Positions 9,000 through 18,208 of a DNA stretch of 64,000 bases are shown one piece after another. Each line of letters opens with the position of its first letter. The first letter of the stretch is position 1. Source of the stretch: Patescibacteria group bacterium (GTDB lineage: Bacteria; Patescibacteriota; Patescibacteriia; JACRDY01); assembly GCA_041650515.1 (NCBI GenBank), contig JBAZLA010000001.1, positions 146,710-210,709 on the forward strand, given 5' to 3'. A program made the position numbers and the translations under genes. The notes under the pieces are model-generated. The model was not told the origin of the DNA and made no database searches. It worked only from the letters and a program-made list of their open reading frames with translations.

Positions 9000-11273
9000 T
9001 TACTTGGCGTACTGCTGCCCTTCTTCCAGTTTAATCGACAGCATTTTGGAAACACTATCATCACCCATGGTCACGCCATAAAGCACATCGCCCTTGGCCA
9101 TGGTGGTTCGATTATGAGTCACAATAATAAATTGAGTTTTGTGCGCCAGGGTTTCAACAATATTAGACAATCGTTCTGAATTGGCTTCATCCAGCGCCGC
9201 ATCCACCTCATCAAGAACAACAAAGGGGGAGGGATTGCAAGCAATAATGGCGCAGATCAAAGCAATCGCCGTCATCGCTCGCTCGCCGCCTGACAAAGTG
9301 TTGAGACTAGAAATCCTTTTGCCTGGGGGACAAGCCTTAATCTCCACCCCGCCATATTCTAATTCCTTGCTACCGTCGCCGATTCTAGCTTTTCCGCCTC
9401 CGGCGGACCCGCCGTAGGCGGGCTTGTTGACCACCTTACCACTCTCATCCAGCTCTTCTTCATCATCTTCGATCTCGATCATAATTTTTTCCAAACTCGC
9501 CTTACCGCCACCAAACAACACTTGAAAATATTCACCAAACTTAGCATTAATATTTTGAAAAGTCTCATCAAAACGCTTATGGATCTCTTCATCCAACTCG
9601 CGAATAATCTGTCGCAGACTTTCGATGGCCTGAGTTAAATCTTGATACTGCTCATTTAAAAATTCATAACGAACCTTAATCTCTTCATATTCTCTAATCG
9701 ACTCATCATCTAGACCACCGATTAACTCGAGCTGCCGTTTGAGCTTTTGAATTTTGTCATAAGCCTCAGCCATCCCGCTCTCGCCGATCGCCGGCTGCTG
9801 ACTGCTGGTTGGCAATTCAACATCTCCCATCTCTCGTTTAATCTCCCGTTCCAAATCTTCTTTTCGTGTCTCTAGTTTGGCTAGCTCAATCTTGATATCA
9901 TTAACCTTGATTGACAGATTATTAAGCTCGCTTTGCTGACCAGCAAACTGACGTTGCAGATCAAAAAATTCACCTTTTTTCTCTTGCTGTGTTAGGTTAA
10001 AATCAGCAATCGCCCGTTGGCTAGTCACTAATTCTTTAGCCACCAAACCCAAAGCCTCTTGGGTTATTTTTAGTTCCGCTTCTAATTCTTGATCAATTTT
10101 GATCTCCTCATCGGCTGGTTTCCTCACCTTACCCAACAAATCCTTAAGCCGGCCCTTGACATGATGAATTTGGTCTTTGACCTGGCCTAAGTGAACCAAT
10201 TCTTTAATCTGATCAACGTGGCTGATCAACGCTTCGTGGAGACTAATCAACTCTTCAATATACTGAGCCATCTCTTCAGCACCCAGGGGAATAAAATCCT
10301 GCTGGGCCTGCTCTTTGGCTAATTGAATTTTACTCTGCAAGATGAGCTGCCGTGACTGGAGCTGATTTTTCTTATCCAAAATCTGATTAAACTGCTGCTG
10401 TAATTTTTCAAATGCTTCCTGACCCGAATCTTCCTGCTCTAGTTGATTAAGCTTTTGTTGGATTGATCCCAAATTCTCGTGCTTAGCCAGTCGACCATCT
10501 TCAATAGCTTTAAACTCGCTCTGATATTTTTGCCAGTGTTCATTAATATCAAAATACAACTGACCATAATACTGTTGCTGGATACCGCGCAATTCCGTCT
10601 CAATCTCGCCACGCTGTTCAAGCCGCTTGACCAATCGACCGAGTGAACGATAACGCGGCCCTAATTCCTGCAAAGTCACGTCGGTTGTTTTAAGATTTTC
10701 CTCAGTCCGCAAAAGTTTATTCAGGGTCTGGTCCCGCTTGATTTGGTATTCTTTAACCCCAGCTGCCTCATCAAAAAACTCTTTACGCTCAGACTGGGTA
10801 GCCACCAAAAAATGATCCACCATGCCTTGGCCAATAACACTATAAGTCCGCTGACCAAAATTGGCCTTGGCCAATAGAATCAAAATATCCCCCAAGCGCA
10901 CCCGACTCTTATTCAATAAATATTCGCTTTCGCCGTCACGATAAAGCCGGCGGGTAATTACCAACTCAGAATAATCAATCTGAGCTTGGCCATCCTCATT
11001 ATTTAAATACAAAGAAACTTCGGCCATACCCACCCGGGATTTTTTATCCGAACCAAAAAAGATGACGTCTTCGCTCTTTTTACCCCGCAACGTCTTCATC
11101 GACTGTTCACCTAACACCCAGCGGATAGCGTCAGCAATGTTGGATTTACCGCTGCCATTAGGACCAACTACCGCTGTGATGCCTTTACCTTTACCATTAG
11201 CCGAGGGGAATTCTAAAATCGTCCGATTGGCGAACGACTTAAACCCTTGGATCTCGAGTTTTTGTAAATACAT
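9000..11273 (-). CDS. smc: SMC-family chromosome segregation ATPase, unusually short (757 aa)
   Basis: The N-terminal head carries GPNGSGKSN, the Walker A motif. A coiled-coil middle follows. The C-terminal head carries LSGGERAMTAIALICAI...VLDEVDAALD...QFIIVTHNRTTMAKGDVLYGVTM. Confidence 0.7.
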   Translation of the reverse strand: MYLQKLEIQGFKSFANRTILEFPSANGKGKGITAVVGPNGSGKSNIADAIRWVLGEQSMKTLRGKKSEDVIFFGSDKKSRVGMAEVSLYLNNEDGQAQIDYSELVITRRLYRDGESEYLLNKSRVRLGDILILLAKANFGQRTYSVIGQGMVDHFLVATQSERKEFFDEAAGVKEYQIKRDQTLNKLLRTEENLKTTDVTLQELGPRYRSLGRLVKRLEQRGEIETELRGIQQQYYGQLYFDINEHWQKYQSEFKAIEDGRLAKHENLGSIQQKLNQLEQEDSGQEAFEKLQQQFNQILDKKNQLQSRQLILQSKIQLAKEQAQQDFIPLGAEEMAQYIEELISLHEALISHVDQIKELVHLGQVKDQIHHVKGRLKDLLGKVRKPADEEIKIDQELEAELKITQEALGLVAKELVTSQRAIADFNLTQQEKKGEFFDLQRQFAGQQSELNNLSIKVNDIKIELAKLETRKEDLEREIKREMGDVELPTSSQQPAIGESGMAEAYDKIQKLKRQLELIGGLDDESIREYEEIKVRYEFLNEQYQDLTQAIESLRQIIRELDEEIHKRFDETFQNINAKFGEYFQVLFGGGKASLEKIMIEIEDDEEELDESGKVVNKPAYGGSAGGGKARIGDGSKELEYGGVEIKACPPGKRISSLNTLSGGERAMTAIALICAIIACNPSPFVVLDEVDAALDEANSERLSNIVETLAHKTQFIIVTHNRTTMAKGDVLYGVTMGDDSVSKMLSIKLEEGQQYAK

Positions 11274-11336
11274 AAAAACAAAAAAGTTGCTTCTATTTTA
11301 GAATAAAAACAACTTTGGCGCAAACGTCAGCTTGCC

Positions 11337-12173
11337 CTATGCCGCTTTCTTCGCCTGTCCCGCTGTCGGTTGTTCTTCTTTTGATACTTGCTTAACTACA
11401 GTTTGAGATTTTTCCACTCCCTTAATAAAGATCACCCGGAAAGTATCATGCTCAGCTCTTAATTCCAAACCAACCTGGGCATCAGCGCCCTGAATAGCCC
11501 TTAGATCATAATCAGCCCTAAGAGCAACTAGTTTTTCCTTGATTCCTTCCAGGGCGTGGTTACTGATCAAAAAATATTCGTCAGCGACTTCAGCCACGGT
11601 TTTTAAAAATCGAGAATTGGCCGCGCTATCCGGCTTAATGCGCACTGTCTCATGTTCATAGCTCCGCAAAATATCAAACAGTTCTTCCACCCGATCCTTA
11701 AGTGTTTTTTCCTTCTGACTCTCGGCAGACGCGGCTTCGGCTTTTTTATCTTTGGGTTGGTTCAAAGGTCGATCGGTCTGAATTAAGTCGCGCACTTTGG
11801 CCGACTCAGCCTCGACCATAGCTTGATCCTCAGGTGACAATCGATCTCTTACTCCCTGGCCGATTCGTCGCGCCACTTCGTTTAAATTATGACCAGTCAA
11901 AATATCAACCCGAAAAGTTTCATCATTCACCCCGTCGGCCATCGCTACAAAATCGACCTCGCCGCCGCCTAGTATTATATTTTCCTGTTGGCGAATATCC
12001 AAAACATTCATCCCAACTTGCTCTCGGATCGTTTCAAACTCTGTTTTGCCTTCCTGTTTGGGTTGGTCCGAATCTTTTTCGGGGTCTAGATTTTCCGCCT
12101 GTTCATCCAAAAGAGCTGGCTCTTTTTCTTCCGGTGGAATATATTTTTTATTAATTGGCACAATCTGGGCCAT
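11337..12173 (-). CDS. Hypothetical protein upstream of smc (acidic/charged, no recognised domain)
   Basis: A 278-aa ORF in an operon-like arrangement with smc. Confidence 0.45.
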   Translation of the reverse strand: MAQIVPINKKYIPPEEKEPALLDEQAENLDPEKDSDQPKQEGKTEFETIREQVGMNVLDIRQQENIILGGGEVDFVAMADGVNDETFRVDILTGHNLNEVARRIGQGVRDRLSPEDQAMVEAESAKVRDLIQTDRPLNQPKDKKAEAASAESQKEKTLKDRVEELFDILRSYEHETVRIKPDSAANSRFLKTVAEVADEYFLISNHALEGIKEKLVALRADYDLRAIQGADAQVGLELRAEHDTFRVIFIKGVEKSQTVVKQVSKEEQPTAGQAKKAA

Positions 12174-12255
12174 AGATTTTTCAAATTATTAATCCAAAAA
12201 GATGACTTTATATAATCATCTTAGATTAAAATGGTTTTCCCAGCAAATCATTCAA

Positions 12256-13485
12256 TTAGCCAAAGCTCAACCAGGCCGGTTTAAAAATCAGCAACAACCC
12301 GAGGAGTAAAATGACCGCGCCACCGATCAAATTGGAATATTTAGTGTATTTAGTTCCAATATTAGTCACGTGTAAAGTTACCATGGCAGCAACAAAAATA
12401 ATCAGGTCATCAAACATGAAGAATAAAACGTAGACCAAAATATATAAATACTGCTCCCAGCGGGAAATATTATTAATCGCCAATAGGGAAGTAAAAATAG
12501 CCGGAAAACCAGCCGAGCAAGCTAGTTCAACAATATTAACGGAGAAGGCTAGAAGGGCAATGCCCGCCAGAGCCAAAAGTAAATTCTTCTCCATTATTAC
12601 CCCTTTTATCCGGTCAAAAATTTTACGCCGTTTTTCTGATGAAGTTACTTTACAAACTGGACCGATTTTACGCGTCCGCCAATAATCCCGCAAATTATAA
12701 ATACCAAAAAGAACAGCAAACAGACCGATGCCAAAACGAATATACCAGAGATAGCCCAAAAATAAGAAAGCCTGCAGCCAAGCGGTCATAAATAAAAAGT
12801 AAACCGCACCCGAAGCAATAATAAAAATACCGCCGATCAACCAGCGCCGTCGCTGAGAATCCACTCCCAAAAGTAGGGAAATCAGAAAAACCAGCACCCA
12901 CATGGCACACGGGTTAAACCCGTCTAATAGACCAATCACCACCGCCAAGAGAGGCAAAGAAAAATAGCTTAAATCTTTAGTGCCCACAAAGGGTATTTTG
13001 AGCAAAACTGGCTTATCCAAGCCTTGAGCTGCCGGCACTGCTAACTGGCTGCCATTATCGTGTTGATTCAAGAGATTTTTGGCCGGACACTCGCCAATCT
13101 GACCCGCCTGACATTGACTAATCAAACCCAAAATTTCCTGGCCGGTCGTTGCGTCATCTTGATAACCAATAATGTGTTGATCACCGATCAGGGTAATCGG
13201 CACACCAGCGACAGCGATCGGATGGAGTTTGGCCACCTCAGCTAGTAGCTTGGCATTATCTCGATCATGCCAAACTTCATAATAATGAATAAAAATTCTA
13301 TCACCAAAATCTTTTTTGAGCTGATCCAAAAACTGTTCTTCCGTCGCACAATGAGGACAACCATCACCATAAAAAAAATAGATGTCGACGGGTTTGGGTG
13401 TTTCGGCGGCCTGGCCAGCCCAAACCGGCACTAGCAGACTAATAGCAACAACCAAGAAAAAAATCTTGCTCAATATTCTATTCAT
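12256..13485 (-). CDS. Thioredoxin-fold (CPHC) domain fused to CcdA/DsbD-like transmembrane thiol-disulfide transporter
   Basis: Signal peptide, then YGDGCPHCATEE, followed by a multi-pass membrane domain with the NPCAMW motif. Confidence 0.6.
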   Translation of the reverse strand: MNRILSKIFFLVVAISLLVPVWAGQAAETPKPVDIYFFYGDGCPHCATEEQFLDQLKKDFGDRIFIHYYEVWHDRDNAKLLAEVAKLHPIAVAGVPITLIGDQHIIGYQDDATTGQEILGLISQCQAGQIGECPAKNLLNQHDNGSQLAVPAAQGLDKPVLLKIPFVGTKDLSYFSLPLLAVVIGLLDGFNPCAMWVLVFLISLLLGVDSQRRRWLIGGIFIIASGAVYFLFMTAWLQAFLFLGYLWYIRFGIGLFAVLFGIYNLRDYWRTRKIGPVCKVTSSEKRRKIFDRIKGVIMEKNLLLALAGIALLAFSVNIVELACSAGFPAIFTSLLAINNISRWEQYLYILVYVLFFMFDDLIIFVAAMVTLHVTNIGTKYTKYSNLIGGAVILLLGLLLIFKPAWLSFG

Positions 13486-13633
13486 ATATAAATAATCAAT
13501 TTAAGGTAAAAATATTTTACCACACTCAATCAAGTGTAACAAGCAATTAATCACCGGCGGCTTCTATTCTAAAACTATACTCTTTCCGATTTTTAGTTTT
13601 AATTTTAAAACCATAAAGATATTAATCCAGTAG

Positions 13634-13789
13634 GGGTTTGGGGCGAATATGGCGCGGAGCCGAAGTCCCCATCTGGTCGATACTGACCAGGGGACGAGGC
13701 GATTAAAACTAATTTCAAACTAAACAATGAATCGCGCCTTATAAGCCCCAAAACTTTTTTGGTTACTTTTTTGGTTGCAAAAAAGTAAC
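13634..13789 (+). repeat. Structured intergenic repeat family, copy 2 (with ~70-bp 5' preface from ~13560)
   Basis: It has the same GGGGTTTGGGGCGAATATGGCGCGGAGCCGAAG...CGCGCCTTATAAGCCCCAAAAC TTTTTTGGTTACTTTTTTGGTTGCAAAAAAGTAAC architecture. The internal hairpin GTCCCC...GGGGAC is compensatory relative to copy 5. Confidence 0.75.
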
Positions 13790-13830
13790 ATATTAAGACA
13801 ATTTTAGTAACAATAAAAACATCCCCCGAT

Positions 13831-13968
13831 TTAGCGAGGAAGTCTTTTTTTGAGAATTTTATTCAGAGCCTTGGAGGGGCGGCGCTGGCGATTGATCACT
13901 TTACCTTTTTTAATCTGTTTTTGACGAGCAATTTTAGCGCTATTACCCCATTTAAAATTATTGGGCAT
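13831..13968 (-). CDS. Possible small basic protein (45 aa; MPNNFKWGNSAKIARQKQIKKGKVINRQRRPSKALNKILKKRLPR)
   Basis: A short, highly basic ORF with no clear ribosome-binding site. It was found by manual translation and is below the ORF-track cutoff. Confidence 0.2.
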   Translation of the reverse strand: MPNNFKWGNSAKIARQKQIKKGKVINRQRRPSKALNKILKKRLPR

Positions 13969-14027
13969 ATCAGAAGTTTAGTTACTAAGTAGCTACAGCC
14001 TAGCAGAAAATCCACTAACTGCCAAGA

Positions 14028-14765
14028 CTACCCCATCACCAGGTGTAAAACCCAGACCAGGGCGATGCCGAGAATAAAAATGCCAAAATTAACCAAATTA
14101 TCTCTCAGGCTAATATTATGCTTTACTTCCGGAATCAAATCTGAACAAGCAATATAGATAAAATTACCGGCAGCAAAAGGCAAAAGCCAAGCCATATTAA
14201 TCTGCCATGACAGTAAGTAGACTAATAGACCGCCGGCCACCGCTGTTAGAGCAGAAATAAAATTAAAAAACAGCGCTTTACTCTTTGACCAACCGCCATG
14301 TATTAATACACCAAAATCGCCCAGCTCTTGTGGCACTTCATGCGCCACAATAGCTAACCAGGTAACCAAACCAACCTGAAAATTAAAAAGAAACGCACCA
14401 GCTAAAGCCATGCCATCAATAAAATTATGAACACCGTCAGCCACTAAGATTAGGTAAGTCACGGGGTGCTTATGCTCCGACGGTGTCTTATGGCAATGAT
14501 GCCAATGGATAAACTGTTCCAGAAAAAAGAAAAGTGAAAAGCCCACCAACAGCCAAAAAAAGATCCCACTGTCCACCCCCAGCTCAGCAATCGCTTCTGG
14601 CAGAATATGAAAAAAAACGCTCCCCAATAGAGTACCAGCTGATAGCGCCACTAGCGGCAAAAGGATTTTCTTAAGCATTGATTCCTGAAACCACAAAACC
14701 GTTATGCCAATTAATGAAATTAAACTGACGGCCACCGTGCTGATAACAATCCAAAATAAAATCAT
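14028..14765 (-). CDS. zupT: ZIP-family zinc transporter
   Basis: 245 aa with the ZIP signatures HNFIDGMA and HEVPQELGDF, and multiple transmembrane helices. Confidence 0.8.
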   Translation of the reverse strand: MILFWIVISTVAVSLISLIGITVLWFQESMLKKILLPLVALSAGTLLGSVFFHILPEAIAELGVDSGIFFWLLVGFSLFFFLEQFIHWHHCHKTPSEHKHPVTYLILVADGVHNFIDGMALAGAFLFNFQVGLVTWLAIVAHEVPQELGDFGVLIHGGWSKSKALFFNFISALTAVAGGLLVYLLSWQINMAWLLPFAAGNFIYIACSDLIPEVKHNISLRDNLVNFGIFILGIALVWVLHLVMG

Positions 14766-14776
14766 AAATCAAAAAG

Positions 14777-15151
14777 TTATTTGTTACATTTTGGGCAAAG
14801 ACCCGTTAATAATAATTGGTGGGAGACATCAGTAAAATTTTTAACCTTAGAAAAATCATGATGACACGGTACACATTCAATTTTCTGACAACGCCGGCAA
14901 ATGATATGATGGTGCGGCTGTTTAGCTAGATAGTAGTATTTCTCTTTGGCTGTCGTCTCTTGAAAAATCAAACCGATCTTTTCTAATAAATGCAAAGCGC
15001 GATAAACTGACGCTAAATTAAATCGGCTGCCGAGACTCTGCCAAATTGCCCGGGCCGTCTTGGGCAGGTGATCGTGCGCTAATAAATCCAAAACTGCCAG
15101 ACGGGGTTTAGTTAGTTTAAAACCGGCTCCTTTGATGGTTATTTTGTCCAT
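14777..15151 (-). CDS. zur: Fur-family metal-responsive regulator (Zur-like)
   Basis: 124 aa with a winged-helix N-terminus and the C-terminal CRRCQ...CPKC metal site. It lies directly upstream of zupT. Confidence 0.8.
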   Translation of the reverse strand: MDKITIKGAGFKLTKPRLAVLDLLAHDHLPKTARAIWQSLGSRFNLASVYRALHLLEKIGLIFQETTAKEKYYYLAKQPHHHIICRRCQKIECVPCHHDFSKVKNFTDVSHQLLLTGLCPKCNK

Positions 15152-15290
15152 AGCTTGATTGTATAACTAATAGCCAACAATTGCAAATGGTTTGCAATTA
15201 CTCAAAAGTTTAATTAGCTGCTATAATACCCTTACTAATAAAGACGGCCCAACCTATCGACCAGGTAGGCCAGCCGACTAATCTAAAAAT

Positions 15291-16082
15291 ATGTTAGAAA
15301 ATAAATGCGATTACGCTGGAGACGGCGGCAGCTGCTGCTCGCACTGGCGCTCACCCAAAACCTGGCTAGCCGTTCTAGCTGTCTTAATGCTGGGTACGGT
15401 AGTTATTGTTGCTATTCTCCGAGACCGGATTGTTAACCAGCCCCAATGGCAAATCTCAGTCACTGGCAAAGCCGAGCTCTATTACCAACCCGACACGGCT
15501 AATGTCAACATCGGGGTCCAAGTGGATAAAGCCGCCAAAGCTGACGATGCACTCAAGCAGCTAAACGAAAAAATGGACAAAATTTACCAAGCGCTAACTA
15601 ACCTCGGTATTGCTAAAGAAGACATCCAAACCCAAAACTATTCAGTTTCCCCGCAGTACGACTATTTAGATAATACTACTAGCCTAAGTGGTTACAACGC
15701 CAATCAAACTCTGACTATAAAGATCAAAAATGTTGAAACCAGCTCTGATTTGGTAGCTAAAGTCATCGAAGCCGCTACTGCCGCTGGGGCTAACCAAATC
15801 AACGGCGTCAATTTTGAAACTTCCAAGCTAGAAGAGCTACGCCAAGAGCTACGCCTTAAAGCTAATGCTGATGCCCGCAATAAAGCCGGCGCCATTGCCG
15901 ACTCACTCGATGTTAAACTTGGCGATATTGTTGGCTGGTGGGAAAATTCGTACCCAATAGAAAGTAGCTATTACGGCTACGACAAAGCCATGGGCATAGG
16001 CGGTGGCGGTGGCAGCCCAGTCGTTCCGGTCGGCGAACAAAAACTTCAAACCGAAGTCAGCATCAGCTACAAACTAAAATAG
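15291..16082 (+). CDS. SIMPL/DUF541-family periplasmic protein
   Basis: 263 aa with an N-terminal membrane anchor. The overall pattern is typical of SIMPL domain proteins. Confidence 0.55.
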   Translation: MLENKCDYAGDGGSCCSHWRSPKTWLAVLAVLMLGTVVIVAILRDRIVNQPQWQISVTGKAELYYQPDTANVNIGVQVDKAAKADDALKQLNEKMDKIYQALTNLGIAKEDIQTQNYSVSPQYDYLDNTTSLSGYNANQTLTIKIKNVETSSDLVAKVIEAATAAGANQINGVNFETSKLEELRQELRLKANADARNKAGAIADSLDVKLGDIVGWWENSYPIESSYYGYDKAMGIGGGGGSPVVPVGEQKLQTEVSISYKLK

Positions 16083-16180
16083 AATCGACCTTAAAAACGC
16101 TCTCCGTCACTAATGGCGGGGGGCGTTTTATGTTAAGTGTTATACGTTTCATGCTATAAGTTACATGCTATAATTCAGCT

Positions 16181-18178
16181 ATGAAAATCTGGCAAAATAA
16201 AACTCTTTGGCTCTTCACCTTAGTCGGCCTGGCCGCTTTTGTCCTAAGCACTATTGCCTGGGGTGACAATTTTTTATCCGACGAATATGAGTTTATCTAC
16301 GCCGCGAACCAGATCCATAATTGGCCAAGTTTTGTCCAGGTTATAACAGACAAAATCGGTGGCGACTTTTGGCGACCAATACTTTATCTATCTTTTATTT
16401 TAGATTTTTGGCTCTACGGCCTCAAACCTCTTGGCTACCATCTGACTAACAGTCTGCTACAAACAATCAATAGTCTGCTAGTCAGTTTAACCATCTGGCA
16501 GATAGCCAAACTTTACTGGCCCCGAGCGACTGAACCAAAAAAACTTTTTGTGGCCATAGTCTCGGGTCTGCTCTTTGGCATTTTCCCCAATCATCACGAA
16601 ACGGTCACCTGGCTGGCTGGCCGAACCGACCTACTGGCCACCACCTGGTATCTTCTAGCCTTATTCCTCTGGCTCAAATATTTGCCAACATTTAATCAAC
16701 CAGCTTCAGCTGGCGAAAAATGGTTTCTGTTTCTCGCAACCGTTATTTCTTCAGCGCTAGCTTATCTCACTAAAGAAGTAAGTATTACTCTAATTCTTAT
16801 CCTATTGATCACTGCCATAGTTTATTGGCGCTATTACCGACTAACTAAAATCCAAACGATCAAACTAGCTGCCGATGGGATGGTTTTATCAATCGTCTTC
16901 TTTGTCTACTTAATCATCCGCCGACTATTAGTTGGCTACTGGTTTGGCGGCTACATGATTACTGGCTCATCAGCTTTTTTAAATCTTAATCTAACGACTC
17001 TAAAATATTGGCTTCTGGCTCCAATTAACATTCTATTTTATAGCTTCAACTATAGTTACTTCCGCCACCTCTTGGCCTATCAGCCCAAAACTTTTGATCT
17101 TTATTTAACCTACCTCCCTTGGCTCAAAATAATCATCTTACTGGTTATACTGCTAGTTATCATCGGAACTATTTATTTAGCCAATCGCCGGCGATCTTGG
17201 CGATCGGCAATAATTTTAATCAGCCTGGGGCTAGGTTGGATTTATCTAACTATTGGTCCGGCTTTTGGCATGCTCACTTCGCTGGGTCGCAATTTAGAAT
17301 CAACTCGCTTATTCTATCTACCCTCGATTGGCATTTGTTTCTTATTAGCCCTCTGGCTATCACTTTGGCCTAGGTTCTGGCGCTATTTATTTACTACTGG
17401 TCTGACTATTATTTTGATTGCTTTTTACATTTTTAATTATCAACCATGGTCACTGGCCAGCGCTTCAGCCGAATTGATCCAACAGACTCTCCAAAACCAA
17501 ACTAGCCAATTTCAACCAGCTGATTGGATCTATATTCTCAACGCACCGGACAACCTCTACGGTGCTTATGTCTTCCGCCGCGGCCTGACTCAAATGGCCG
17601 CTCTAACTGCGCCAGCACTCCAAAGCCAACAAGTTATTATGACCGGCCGGGGCGTTAGCGGTACTCATGCCGCCAACTGCCTCCTAAACCAGTCAACTAA
17701 ATTTTGGCTGATGACGCTTGACCCGATTACTGGCCTAGTTCAATCTTTCACCCTCAAAAATACGCCGGCTGATCAATCTCAAAAGTGGCTGACAATCACT
17801 GACCGACAATTTGATTATTCCGATCTAAAAAAATTAAACAATAACACTTATCAAGTGATCGGAGATCTGCCCACGATCTCGCTAGCTAATCTTAACCTCG
17901 ACCCACAAACAATCACCAGTCTTAGATTCAATCTCGTCCCCGTACAGGACTTAGCTAAAAAATCAATTCATCTTTATTGGACAACTACTAGTCAACCAGA
18001 CTATCATGAATTTTTGCGTCATATCTGGCTAATCACCGACATATCGGCTCAGTCGGAATCAGACCAGGTTATTTCTATCCCGGTCTGTCAGTACCCAGCT
18101 TGGGTTTTTGGCGGTCTAATCCAAAATTTAAAAATCACCCTGCCGTTTAGACCGGGTGATACCTTTATCTTAAAGTAA
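16181..18178 (+). CDS. Polytopic membrane protein with C-terminal extracytoplasmic domain (putative GT39/ArnT-PMT-like glycosyltransferase)
   Basis: 665 aa. About 12 hydrophobic segments occupy the first ~450 aa, followed by a soluble domain. Confidence 0.35.
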   Translation: MKIWQNKTLWLFTLVGLAAFVLSTIAWGDNFLSDEYEFIYAANQIHNWPSFVQVITDKIGGDFWRPILYLSFILDFWLYGLKPLGYHLTNSLLQTINSLLVSLTIWQIAKLYWPRATEPKKLFVAIVSGLLFGIFPNHHETVTWLAGRTDLLATTWYLLALFLWLKYLPTFNQPASAGEKWFLFLATVISSALAYLTKEVSITLILILLITAIVYWRYYRLTKIQTIKLAADGMVLSIVFFVYLIIRRLLVGYWFGGYMITGSSAFLNLNLTTLKYWLLAPINILFYSFNYSYFRHLLAYQPKTFDLYLTYLPWLKIIILLVILLVIIGTIYLANRRRSWRSAIILISLGLGWIYLTIGPAFGMLTSLGRNLESTRLFYLPSIGICFLLALWLSLWPRFWRYLFTTGLTIILIAFYIFNYQPWSLASASAELIQQTLQNQTSQFQPADWIYILNAPDNLYGAYVFRRGLTQMAALTAPALQSQQVIMTGRGVSGTHAANCLLNQSTKFWLMTLDPITGLVQSFTLKNTPADQSQKWLTITDRQFDYSDLKKLNNNTYQVIGDLPTISLANLNLDPQTITSLRFNLVPVQDLAKKSIHLYWTTTSQPDYHEFLRHIWLITDISAQSESDQVISIPVCQYPAWVFGGLIQNLKITLPFRPGDTFILK

Positions 18179-18208
18179 ACCTTCTACAATTGATGTGGAA
18201 TAATTATT

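Noticed and set aside
9139-9417. 92-aa plus-strand ORF and 8910..9179 ORF
   Set aside because: They overlap the smc gene on the opposite strand, or G-rich hairpin terminators. No ribosome-binding sites were found.
11337-12173. Assignment of the 278-aa protein as ScpA/ScpB kleisin partner
   Set aside because: The N-terminus does not resemble ScpA. No winged-helix ScpB pattern is seen. It is left as hypothetical.
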